Below, piece after piece: positions 27,501 to 38,900 of a stretch of DNA of 64,000 nt. This stretch comes from Tubiluchus corallicola (taxonomy: Eukaryota; Animalia; Priapulida). The stretch spans positions 230,907 to 294,906 of the forward strand of contig JAQGDQ010000025.1 of NCBI GenBank assembly GCA_030141605.1, written 5' to 3'. Positions within the stretch are counted from its first letter, which is position 1, and the number at the start of each line of letters is the position of its first letter. The notes beneath the pieces were generated by a model. That model did no database searches, had not been told where the DNA came from, and saw only the letters and a list, made by a program, of their open reading frames with translations. A program made the translations under genes and the position numbers.

Positions 27501-30095
27501 TCACAAGAAAACAGATGCAAGTTATGTACATCATGTATGCTGTGTAGTGTATATCGATATATTGGTATGTAATTTTGAATCAAAGGTGAGATGACACCTG
27601 TTCTAAAGTGGTGAGTTTCCTAGAGATGGTTTCTAGACGGCAGGAAAGTGGTCTAAAATGCAGTAAAATGTATTGTTGTCCAGGTGGACTTTGCTGGGGA
27701 GTTTACACCGCTCCCCCAGCCCCGCTAACTGCTTTTCTGTTGGGCCCACTGTTGTTCTATAACCTGCATCCGTAGGTTATATCAGTAATACCTAAATAAT
27801 TCACAACCAATGTAAGTTCATGCAGTGATAATAACACATATATCTACAACCACTTGGTATAGCCATTTGAATCTAAGAAAAAAGGGGGTAGTCTGTTTTA
27901 AAATCTAGTGAACATCTTTAAAACCAAACATTCAGCTTTTAAAACTTTCCTCAGGCTATTTCTAATAGGGCCTATTTCTAATAGGCCCTATTTCAGGCTG
28001 TTTCTAATTGGGCCTATTTCATTTGTACGATGACTTCCAACTCTCTGTGAATTGGACTTAATTCTGCTAGTCAACTATAGTTAGAAGCAATAAAAAACTA
28101 ACATTTCAAACAAACTGACAAAAGTTGAAAAACGTAACATATGTAGCTTTAACAAGTAGCAAAGCGTCCGTTTTCTGCATGGGAGGTCGTAAGTTTGATA
28201 CTGCAGCCGGATCATACCAATGACTTTAATATTGATCCCTGCTGTTGCCCTGTCTGATGCGTGATATTTATGGTAAAGGCAGGATAATAATAATTTCTCA
28301 TACGTAGGTGTAGTTTGTTACTTACAATCGGCGATAAAAGCCTCGTGGCAGGCTTGTATTGTTTGTTGAATTTAAAGTCAACTTTAACTAAAGATTATTT
28401 TCATCGTCATCATCATCACCACCGCTGCTGAGGGCAACGGCTCCGTCTCCTCCACCGCCACCAACCAGGAACAACCTAGCTTACCAAGCACTAGCAAATA
28501 TATATGTTTGTCATTAATCTAATGATATAGCTCTACTGAACTAGTTTAATCATAAGCAATTACTAGATCTATTGAGCTAGTTTAATCACAAACAATTACT
28601 AGATCTACTGAGCTGGTTTAATCGTAAGCAATTACTAGATCTACTGAGCTAGTTTAATCACAAGCAATTACTGGATCTACTGAGCTAGTTTAATCGTGAG
28701 CAAGTACTAGATCTACTGGGCTAGTTTAATCGCAAGCAATTGCTAGGTCTACTGAGCTAGTTTAATCGCAAGCAATTACTGGATCTACTGAGCTAGTTTA
28801 ATCGTGAGCAAGTACTAGATCTACTGGGCTAGTTTAATCGCAAGCAATTACTAGATCTACTGAGCTAGTTTAATCGCAAGCAATTACTAGATCTACTGAG
28901 CTAGTTTAATCGCAAGCAATTACTGGATCTACTGAGCTAGTTTAATCGCAAGCAATTACTTGATCTACTGAGCTAGTTTAATCGCAAGCAATTACTAGAT
29001 CTACTGAGCTAGTTTAATCGCAAGCAATTACTGGATCTACTGAGCTAGTTTAATCATAAGCAATTACTAGATCTACTGAGCCAGTTTAATCGCAAGCAAT
29101 TACTAGATCTACTGAGCTAGTTTAATCACAAGCAATTACTAGATCTACTGAGCTAGTTTAATCGCAAGCAATTACTAGATCTACTGAGCTAGTTTAATCG
29201 CAAGCAATTACTAGATCTACTGAGCTAGTTTAATCGCAAGCAATTACTAGATCTACTGAGCTAGTTTAATCGCAAGCAATTACTGGATCTACTGAGCTAG
29301 TTTAATCATAAGCAATTACTAGATCTACTGAGCCAGTTTAATCGCAAGCAATTACTAGATCTACTGAGCTAGTTTAATCGCAAGCAATTACTAGATCTAC
29401 TGAGCTAGTTTAATCGTAAGCATTTACTGGATCTACTGAGCTAGTTTAATCATAAGCAATTACTAGATCTACTGAGCCAGTTTAATCGTAAGCAATTACT
29501 AGATCTACTGAGCTAGTTTAATCGTAAAGCAATTACTAGATCTACTGAGCTAGTTTAATCGCAAGCAATTACTAGATCTACTGAGCTAGTTTAATCGTAA
29601 GCAATTACTAGATCTACTGAGCTAGTTTAATCGCAAGCAATTACTAGATCTACTGAGCTAGTTTAATCGTGAGCAATTACTAGATCTACTGAGCTAGTTT
29701 AATCGCGAGCATATACTAGATCTACCGAGCTAGTTTAATCACAAATTAAAAGCTAAATAAATTTTAGAGGCCAATTATGTAATAATTCGTTCCATTTCAC
29801 GAAAAGCAATAGCTGACAAGTCTGCGTGAGCTAATGATGGAAATTATAGTACTATTGCCAGTGTACAGTAGTAACCTATTTCAGCAGTACAGTAGTAGTT
29901 ATTTAAATGAAATAATTGTATTTATAATTGTAGGTAAAGTTATTTGAAGGCAACTTTGACAGGCGGACGCACGTTTCCCACGAGGTTTTAATTGTAGATG
30001 CCTATGGTGTTCGCGTTCACGTGGTTGAAATACACGACAATACAACACAGCAAGTTGGATCACTAAGCATGGAATTATATGGTTGTTTTACGTAG
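18575..30095 (+). CDS. Probably secreted PAN/apple-like + F5/8 type C (discoidin) domain protein; exon 2 apparently frameshifted (possible pseudogene or assembly indel)
   Basis: Exons: 18575-18765 (hydrophobic leader LIHILVFLLVIKFA); 22507-22671 (SANYNSDKKECQYF, PAN-like); 24744 or 24768-24950 (PLGMSDGTIPNEAISG...LTIQLGGPRIITGITTH); 27187-27300 (WVSRYTLSYS...WQDY); 29934-30095 (KLFEGNFD...LSMELYGC*). The last three carry classic F5/8C motifs. The phase-2 join of exon 1 to 22507 reads SKLECAY then TGA (22526-22528). AATAAA at 30174. Confidence 0.75.
19100..20360 (+). repeat. Dispersed repeat (host element) interrupted by a Kolobok-like insertion; uninterrupted copy at ~30200-30760
   Basis: 19100-19378 and 20041-20330 align colinearly with 30200-30760, e.g. 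shared CTGATACACTTTGGCCTCAAGTCTA. Confidence 0.7.
19379..20038 (+). mobile_element. Kolobok-like non-autonomous element, 3'-truncated copy
   Basis: Starts TTAA|AGGACAAGATAAGGGGTACC and is colinear with 25736-26340. Confidence 0.6.
21122..21372. repeat. ~84-bp tandem repeat, about 3 copies
   Basis: Units ATTGATGATTGTTGAATATCAAAAAGCACTG...ATAACTCTCATT..CAATGAC.ATAACG. Confidence 0.75.
21655..22510. repeat. 54-bp minisatellite (~16 units), most units containing a TTTTCAG-type 3' splice acceptor
   Basis: Unit ATGCCATCTGAAGTGTATAAAATCAGTTATTATTTTCAGCAATCAAGGATTGTC; it produces the 18-aa periodic ORFs in the track. The last unit's CAG (ending 22506) abuts exon 2 of the PAN/F5-8 gene. Confidence 0.92.
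23024..24341. repeat. 63-bp minisatellite (~21 units)
   Basis: Unit GTTAATG(A/C)CTCAGTAACATAATAGTTTCAACAACAAGGGATAATCTAGTCTGTTCGTCTACCT, head-to-tail with no spacers. Confidence 0.92.
25000..25360. repeat. Short TTGGTAC-motif degenerate repeat cluster (probable MITE subterminal region)
   Basis: Repeated TTTGGTAC/ATGGTAC motifs at roughly 17-19 bp spacing. Confidence 0.6.
25736..26502 (+). mobile_element. Kolobok-like non-autonomous DNA transposon
   Basis: Flanked by TTAA on both sides (25732-25735, 26503-26506). Termini are CGGACAAG (AGGACAAG in the 19379 copy) and ACTGTTCCT. Homologous to 19379-20038; no ORF. Confidence 0.6.
28141..28290 (+). mobile_element. Decayed tRNA-derived SINE fragment
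   Basis: A degenerate A-box (GTAGCTTTAACAAGTAGCAAAGCG) and B-box (GTTTGATACT) head is followed by CCGGATCATACCAATGACTTTAATATTG...CCCTG, which resembles a conserved SINE central domain. No intact cloverleaf. Confidence 0.45.
28528..29744. repeat. 36-bp minisatellite (~33-34 units)
   Basis: Unit GAGCTAGTTTAATCGCAAGCAATTACTAGATCTACT, highly homogeneous, head-to-tail with no spacers. Confidence 0.95.
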
Positions 30096-32900
30096 ATAAG
30101 CTGCATCATTCTAACTGTTTTACTGAGCTTTTTCGTAAGCTTACGTGTTGTGGTGGTAAGGTTAAAAACCCACAATAAAATATCTATGTCAATGTTACAC
30201 TAAGCAGCGATTACATTATATTTAATTTTTGTAGGTTTCTACACCTCACACAGTGGATTTTCAGGCAAACTTATAAATGAATTGCGTTTGCTTACCATGG
30301 ACAAATTAAAAATTGATGTTTTAGGAAAAAAATTGAGAAAGCTTTCGTTAACTGCAGTGTTTGCACTGTAACTATGTAACGGTATCACTTGTGTGAAATC
30401 GGCTAATGCAGAAAATTTCTACTGTCCACACACAACACTCTGATACACTTTGGCCTCAAGTCTACTCTATTTTTAAGGAGAAGCTCCTGTTAAAGGATGA
30501 AACGACTTAATTTGTCCTTGGCTGATTAATTAGTTTTCTCCTAGAATAGAAGCAGAACTCTGCACTGTTTGGGCTGTAGCAAGCAGGAGATTTATAAAAT
30601 AGTGTGTATGTATAATAGACTAAGTTGCAGTGAATGAAAAGGGGATGTTTTTCTTTATTTTACCAAATTAAATCACTTAAAATATTAAAATAAATGGCAT
30701 AATTGGATGGCTGATATTTTCCTGCATAGAACAGTACCAAATTACTAATCATTTAGCTATGTCTGTGCACATTTTAATAGGGTTATAACTTTTTAACTTT
30801 TTGTAAAATAACTGATTTCCTACATTATCAATTGATGAACTTTTGCTTAAAAATAATGAAAATTACCTTAATTCCATTCAGTATTTAATAAAGTCACCTC
30901 CAACACAAAATTTCTAAAATTCTATAGACGTTTATATGGGAGTATTGGTACTATGAGTATTTGGAGATTTTTACAATTTTCTAGAACGTTCGGGATATTT
31001 CTAGAAGAATCTGAAAAACCTTTTAAAATGTTTCAATGTTTTTACCCTATACTTAATATGGTAAATCCAATTTTTGGTTTGGGGTGACCTTTTTTTAAAA
31101 CTAATGCCTTTTTTGTTAATTTTGGGAAAAAAGTTCATAGAGTTACAACACGGGAACATGGGGTTACAAAAAAGTCATAACCCTGCACATACAGTAGCAG
31201 AAAAGTCATAGGTTTTGCAAGACGTATTTTGAATGGTCGGTCCTGAATGAGTTAAGTTTCATTGAGATTTCATGTTATTAATTTTATTATCATCTTAATA
31301 ATAGCATTGCTTCTTTTAAGTGTTACTGTGCCTTACAAATTTGCAGAATGTTTGAAATCGTTTGCAGTTTGACGTCTAGTAACGATTAGAGAGGAAAACA
31401 GAAGAAATGTTTTACGGGATGTGACTGCTGTCAATACATCATTGCCTAAATTTGCTAATATCTCGTTGGAGGGTGCTGCCACCTTCGCTACCGGATCATG
31501 CGTGCATGCGCAGCAGGATGCGTAGTTTCCTGGCATTGTTCTCGGTTTGCGTTGTTAAGAGGCAGATGGTCGGAGGTCACATGCCTTTATGTTAATTATA
31601 CTGTGAATAAGTTAGTAATGCGGTGAATTCATGTAGTAAATATAGTGGATACTATAGTAATTACGAAACGTTTATACGGTGATATGATTACGTTGTTTAT
31701 GAATGACATTGTATCTCTTCATCCGTATTGTAACAATAAAGGCGTTTGTGTAATTTGATTCACTGTGTTATGCGCTAAATTTATTTTCACCCGTTGAAGG
31801 CGTAATAACCGCCCCGCAATCCGTACGAATAGCTAGTGCCGCTAGATGGGGATAATCAGATTTTAAGAACAAGTACATAATAATGTGTTCCAGTCAATGT
31901 TTGTTACATTTTATCGAATATACATGTGCTACATATATGCAAATTGTGTTATGGGCAAATAACCCTTATAATTAGTTTCCCGTTTTGCCTGAACTCGTTT
32001 TTTATTTTCTCACGCGAGGGAGCCACAAACTTGATTGGACAGGTGAGCAATTGACGCAAACATATTGATCTCCGCCTCCACTGCAACGTAAGCACGCTCA
32101 GCAGCATTCGGGACAACAGCTCACGCAGGACAACAACTGCCCAAGCTAAACTAAACTAAACAAAACATCATGACAGTGACAACTAATGTCTAATCAGCAG
32201 ATAAACTGATTGCATTTCTTAATTATCCAAATTTGGGAAGCAGCAGCTACTTCTACACGAAATTAACACTTTAAGTAGCCAGAAAATGACTTTTCAATTT
32301 AAACAGAATGTAGAGACGAAGTTTCAAAGCACTACAAAATACAGAGACATAAGAAATAAAGACACTAAGCCAGTTACCCTCGCTTTACAATAAATGAGCA
32401 ACAAAAATATTAAGTCTCTCTTGCCTTTGAACATACAAACATCAAGCCTGCGATTTATTTTTCTATATTAACTGATCATGTGCTCGTCTGCAAGATTTAT
32501 CAAGTTTTTTATTTTCCCTTTGTCAGGCACGGAAATGAAATAAATTTGACTGTTCCATTCCATAAACGACCCTCATATTGAATGCCCGAGGCACATAAGT
32601 CCCAATTGTATCTTTCAACCATGATTATAACTAGAAAAATAGCGTAAAATTAGCTAATATTACATTGACATATAATATATATTTTGACAACATTTGAAAT
32701 AATTTTGACTGTGAAGATCTCATGGAGGTTTATAAAAACGGGCCAGAAAAGAGAACTTTTTGTTTTGTCCTTATTTAAGGTTAATCAAATAGTTGTTTTT
32801 ACCTAACTTGCAAATCCATAAACAAAACTAAACCTCGTATTATATGGGAGAACTCTTATGTGCAAGTTTAACCCAGTAAGTCCATTAACTTAAAAATTAA

Positions 32901-33032
32901 CGCGTGTGCGTGCATGAGTGTGAGTGTGTGTGTGTGTGTGAGAGTGCGAGTGTGTGTGTGCGTGCATGTGAGTGTGTGTATGTGCGAGTGTGTGTGCGTG
33001 CACATGTGCATGTGCGTGTGTGTGTGTGTGTG
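32901..33032. repeat. (GT)n-type compound microsatellite
   Basis: GTGTGT/GAGTGT/GCGTGC runs. Confidence 0.9.
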
Positions 33033-33918
33033 TTAAGAAATCAAATCATCTGGTTTCATGTACAGTTATAGAAAACATTTTATGGGAAAAATAGCCATAT
33101 TATATCAGCGTATTTGACGTACGACGAGTATGTGAGCAATGGATAATATATAAACAGCACAGATATAGATCACATGGTCACACCCATTGGGGCCATGACA
33201 ACCTCACATAGAAATATCACAACAATTCTGCAACGTTCATAAACATAGCTGCAATAGTAATATCTACAGAAAACCACAATAAACATTCCTTGATTAAATT
33301 TCAAACAGAAAAAACATTACTTTGATATACAATTGTGTGTAGACTTATTTGACAACTCAGGTTTGTCTCATTGACACAGTCAGTGAATGAGAAAATGAAT
33401 GAGTGAGAGTGTGAGGAAAGAAAGATGCTGAAAAGTGACACAGGAAATAAAGAATGAGAGCAAACAGAGGCAGATGGGAGGAAAGAGAGTATGGGCAGGA
33501 AGAAAGAGAGGGGGACAGAGAGAAAGACGAGTGAATGATCAAAACTTTATGCAAACACACGACAATACTCATCTACTGAATATTGATAAGGAGTCTGGAT
33601 TCAAAGGAGAGAGAGAAAAAAAGGCACAGAGAGAGAGGGAGAAAGAGAAAGCTCATCAACGATAACACTGTGATTTTCCACACAGAAAAGGCTAAACATC
33701 CAAGTGTGTTGATAATATATCAATCAATAGACTCAAATTTTTATCTTAGTAACACAATTTTTGACTATCCGTTAGTTTTGACATTAGCTGAACTGTTCCT
33801 AGGAAAAATATGTCTCTTATTCGCTCTTACTGGAACGTAAAGTGTAACTAAGAATTTTACTAAATCTTTATAAACTTTAACTTGTCAGCAAAACTAAACT
33901 GCACAAACTAGAGATGTG

Positions 33919-33936
33919 TGCGAATATTATTATTAT

Positions 33937-34025
<89 letters not shown>

Positions 34026-34131
34026 CATCTTGATGTAGCTCTTGAGAACGGTAGAAAACTTTTATTATTAACAATGAATATTACATTCTCACTTATTGGG
34101 TAACTTGTTTAATAAAATTATTCATGATTTT
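33919..34131 (+). repeat. Dispersed repeat with an expanded (TAG)n microsatellite, copy 2
   Basis: Same flanks as 16509-16650 but a much longer TAG run; the source of the poly-V/poly-L ORFs. Confidence 0.85.
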
Positions 34132-34933
34132 CTTTGATTGTTTTCATTACCAGTTGGATAGGCCTCACGTTTGCTAGGTAATTTTAATTTTAAATCAAGG
34201 CAACATGAAAAGTTGAGACTGAACGTGGCTCATTAAATGCTAATTTTGATAAAAAATTTCGGTAAACTGATGTGTCGGTACGAGTAATTTCTGCGGAACA
34301 GGAACTGATTTATGCAAAAATTTCAAAGAGATCTGCGAATATTTTTGTAAGACAATGTATTTTATATTTAAATAATGTTTGTTCAAATCATAATGATAGG
34401 TGCTCCAATTCTTATGTTTATGACAAATAAGTCGCAGCAAATGCCGTTAATTGCAGATATCTGGGTTCTGTTACCAGGCTGGAAGTCGAGCAAGCAATTT
34501 TTCTGTGAAGTTAAAATTGTTGTAAGTTTTCTGTGAAATTAAAAGAAAGATGCATTATACTATATAAGAAATAAGATCTAAAAAGGTAGAAAATGTTTGA
34601 GAAAATAAATAGCAAATTAGGGGAAAGAGTGTTGTGTATCGTACCATGTGTTTAATAGAGCAATTTTAGTTCATACAGGCATAGTTTCATGATTCGTACC
34701 CGGTAACTCCGTCAGACGTGTACTTCCACCTAATTCACTAAGTGCAAGTTGTGAGTATTATGACTAGAGTACGAACGCTGTTTTACCGTAGATCACCGCA
34801 GATCGACAGGGCGAAGCTTATAAGTAGGCTTTTTGCCCATAATTGTTTCTCTTGTTAAAGCTCTATTATAATTGTTTTATCACACGCTTTCTCTCGTGTT
34901 ATACATTTATGTTATCTCTCTCAAGTTGAAGTG

Positions 34934-35125
34934 CGGAAGGTTTTGCTTAAAATGTTTGAGAGAGATAAGATTTGAATAGTATTAGTAGTAGTATATTTTC
35001 TTTGTGTAGTTCAAAGAACTATTTTTGGAAGTGCCGCCTAGCGGAAGGTTTTACTTAAAATGTTTGAGAGAGATAAGATTTGAATAGTATTAGTAGTAGT
35101 ATATTTTCTTCGAGTACTTCAAAGA
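34934..35125. repeat. Tandem duplication with ~107-bp period
   Basis: GCGGAAGGTTTT(G/A)CTTAAAATGTTTGAGAGAGATAAGATTTGAATAGTATTAGTAGTAGTATATTTTCTT occurs at ~34934 and ~35041. Confidence 0.8.
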
Positions 35126-35639
35126 TCTATAGTTAATCTTGCAACTGTGAGAACTACAGTTCATATTACATACAACAAGTATTAAACACAAAAACCTCAG
35201 TGGCACACAATCATACAAAAACAATGTTAACAAAATTATCTGTAACAAAATACTCTAACAAATAACTAGGCGGGAGTTTAGTAGATCATGGGAGCGGTGT
35301 AGGACACTAGCTGAAGTAGGACAATTGGGGTACATAGACAAGCCCAAATAAAACATAATTTTAGTTAAGAGATGTGTAAAAGTTAAGGGAAATAAAGGCA
35401 GTAATTTTACATTATTTATGCCATTACATTATTACAAAAATTTATGTGGCAAGTTCAGCCCATGCTCTAGACTTTTAAATTTCTTAATTTTTTGGGGTAA
35501 TTTGTTTAATAAGCCAACATAACAGCCGATTGTGTTTTTTAAATATTATGTATTTGCTGTAAATGGTTTAGTTTTTGTACAAGTGCAAGTTTTACAATTG
35601 TGATATTTGTATTTTTACAGGTTACTGACAAATCAAGTC

Positions 35640-35888
35640 ATGTCAGCCATTGATTGGAACAGGTATAGTGTTGTGGTGCTGAAAGAGGAATTGAAATTTC
35701 GTGGTCTGAGTATGGCTGGGAAAAAAACGGAACTGGTGCAAAGATTAGTTGATAATGAATGTGCCAGTAAGTATGTCTGGTCAATGTGACATTATTTCCA
35801 TGCATTTCTAAACAGCATTGACACTTTCTGTAAAAACTTTAATTATAATTCGAACAGTTTGTTTATTATTATTATTATTATTAGTATT

Positions 35889-35974
<86 letters not shown>

Positions 35975-38900
35975 TATTATTATTATTATTTATGTATTTT
36001 TTTATTATTTACTCGTACATAAATGTACATTAAAACAAACACAGACACACGTACATATTATCATTGCACCCAAATGTATAAAAATACTCAGTTGCACTTT
36101 ACATTAATTATAAAAGTGCTAATATTTAAAAAGCTCTAATTAATTAAAAAACAACCAAAGATTTTACCAAGCCTAAATCATACAACTATACAACTATAAG
36201 TTCACAAGGAAAAGCCCTAAAAATTTAATTTAAAAAATAATATAAAATCTATTTGATAAAACACATGCAAAATTAAAATCCAATTCAATTCTCATATTCT
36301 AATTTACGCAAGGAAGAGTGGAGAGGTCCATAAGCTGTTATCCTTAACCCATATCCTTCGACGAGCGTTAACAGTAACAGTAATGTTTTTGTAACAAATA
36401 TTTGCTAAAGGTACATAATAAAAATACATGTCGTATGTATAAAAATACTTAAATGTGTTCATTATATAACTCATTTAAACTTAGTAGATGCACAGAAAAC
36501 TAAAGTTCCTACAAAAAAAACAAATATGTTGAGGGATGAAGTGATCTTGAACAAAAAGTTCATTGGTTATTGACAGAATCTTGAGGCAATTGAAACTAGC
36601 AGTAAGCATAATATGTACTAATAATGATTAACAATATAGTACAATAAGTTTATTTATTAATTGCTGATGGTGTGTAATTGGTTGGCTATGTAGAATATTG
36701 AGTGTTTCATGAGTCAGTATACACTTTGCATTTTCTATATTTTTAGTGAACAAAGCAAAATGTTTGAAAATTGGCACAGATGAACTAAAACCTTGGGTAG
36801 TTTTTTTAGTCAAATTAGATGAAAATCTAAAAAGACTGCTGCAGTAGTAGGCCTTGCTGTTTTCGCTACCTTTTTTAGGGAGCTCAAGAGCTTCAGGTAC
36901 CAATCCAATTGCAAATCGGACATCTTGCGTTAAGAAAGTTTCTCAAAGCCAGTGAGTGGTGTGGAAGGGCTGTACCTTGTTAAAAAACTATATTGTCAAT
37001 AGTGAAAGAATAGTATGGTTCATATGGTGTTCTTCATTTCCTCTGAACTTTAGTTTGTAATTGACGGCCTCATGCCTGACTGATTTTGCACCTCATTTTT
37101 AATGTTACTGTCAACGTAGCAGCCGAGCTCCAGTTAAAAAAATAACTGAAATGAATTGCCAAATACCCCATTTGATTCATGTAAAAGCTTGCTGAGATTA
37201 TGGAAAACATTAAAAAGAAAATTAGAAATCAGTGTATATTGACTTATGAAACACCTCGTATTTAATTGTAACTATGTTTTTTTGCATGATTTACTATTGG
37301 TCAATGATGTTACTTAGGCAGTGAAGTTGATAAAGTTGATAGGCAAAGTGACCTTCAAGAAAATGGCAAGATGGCTGAGCAGAGTGAAAGTCTTGATGCT
37401 GGAGATGAACTTGGCCCAGATGCTTCTACTGCAAAACAGGTAAATGAAAGTGCATGTTCACACCAACAAAGGAAATGTTTCACTTGGAATTTTTGCTGTA
37501 CATTTTTGGCTGTACTCTGCCTACTTTTGAACTACAAGTGAAATTGCATTAGCTCTCCGAAATACGTTTTTTAATTTTCACATCATTTCAGCAAATAAAA
37601 GTTGACCAGCTCGAGTTTTAACTTGTTTGATACTTGACCAGTCAAGTTTCATTTTTAAAATGGCAAAATGTTTTCTATGTAAACATTACCGTTGTGTTTT
37701 GTGGAATGTTTCACATAGGAAATACAACCAGAAACTTCGTGAAGTTTTCCAGTTTCAGTTTTAACAGAAGCCAGAACACCACAGATTACTACACGGAATT
37801 GTAAGCTAATCATATTAAAATAATATCAGAATTGTCCATGTACATTATATCTTGGAAAGAAATAATATTTCACAATGATTGTTACCTGTTTAAATTAGTG
37901 AGTATTTAAATAGAATCAACAAAAATGGTTACATTTTAGTTGGTTGAAGACACGGAAGCTGCATTTGAAGACGCCTCTAAAATAGTGAAAGAGGAAGTGT
38001 CTGATGTGTGCCAAACAGTTTCCAAGATTGAAGAAGGTTCGAGTGAAAGTTCAGCAAAAAACAAGACTGATTTTTACGACAAAGAGAAAGAAGCTGTCGA
38101 AACAGAACAAATTTTGAATGAAACCACAACAGAAGATCATGCTGAAGAAGAGTCTGCAGAAAAGCATAAAGAAGTTGTCGAAAGAGCTACTGACGAACAA
38201 GAATGGTTGGACCTAGATAAAGAACTAGAGCTCTTTGTGAGCGAGCTTGAGAAAGAGACGTTACTGAAGCCACCGCCTCCCCCTATTGAAGCAGAAGGCT
38301 CTGCAATGGAAAGCGAAACTGAAGCATTAAATCGACTTGCAGCTAAAACCCCAAATGGAGACATCAAAGCAGTTGATGAAGACCTTGAAACTATATTACA
38401 AAATCACGACAACGTGTTGAACTTGATTGACGCAGTTGCAAAAGCAACAGAGGCTCCTTCCACTTCTGATTTGCCAGTTGAAACAGAGACTACAAACAGT
38501 ACAGCAACTAAGCAACAAGATGATGAAGATGAAATGGGTATGGCTTAATTCTTCAAACTTTTGGTTTATATTCCAAGGGAAATATTTTCAAAAACTAATT
38601 TCCAATGTTACACAGATATGTTTAGGGCATTTCTAGCCAAAATGATTTTTATATATAAAACCTACTGAATTTTTGTCAAAATCTCCTGTAAGTTGCTTTT
38701 ATGAGGTGATGCAGTACTTGTAATGGTCTTTCCATTTTTGTTGATTACACTTTTGTACCTGAGTAACAATAGAAATTGCTACATTAAAGAAAAAGTGTAT
38801 GCTGTGTCACAGATCAGCACATGCTAAGCATACTAAAGTAACTAAGGTTAAAGGAGAGACTGGTGAACCTTGACGCTCATTGAGAGAAATTCGCAAAATA

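Noticed and set aside
28141-28215. tRNA gene
   Set aside because: Only degenerate A/B boxes, no paired acceptor stem, and it continues into a SINE-like body.
28528-29744. CRISPR array (36-bp repeat with internal palindrome)
   Set aside because: Units are directly head-to-tail with no unique spacers, there are no cas genes, and the array lies in a eukaryotic intron.
33877-36107. Poly-L/V/I ORFs
   Set aside because: Translations of (TAG)n and (TTA)n microsatellites.
37768-37800. 33-nt phase 0-0 cassette exon in paralogue B (KPEHHRLLHGI)
   Set aside because: The splice signals are plausible, but the flanking exons join in frame without it and there is no homologue in A; it cannot be supported without RNA data.
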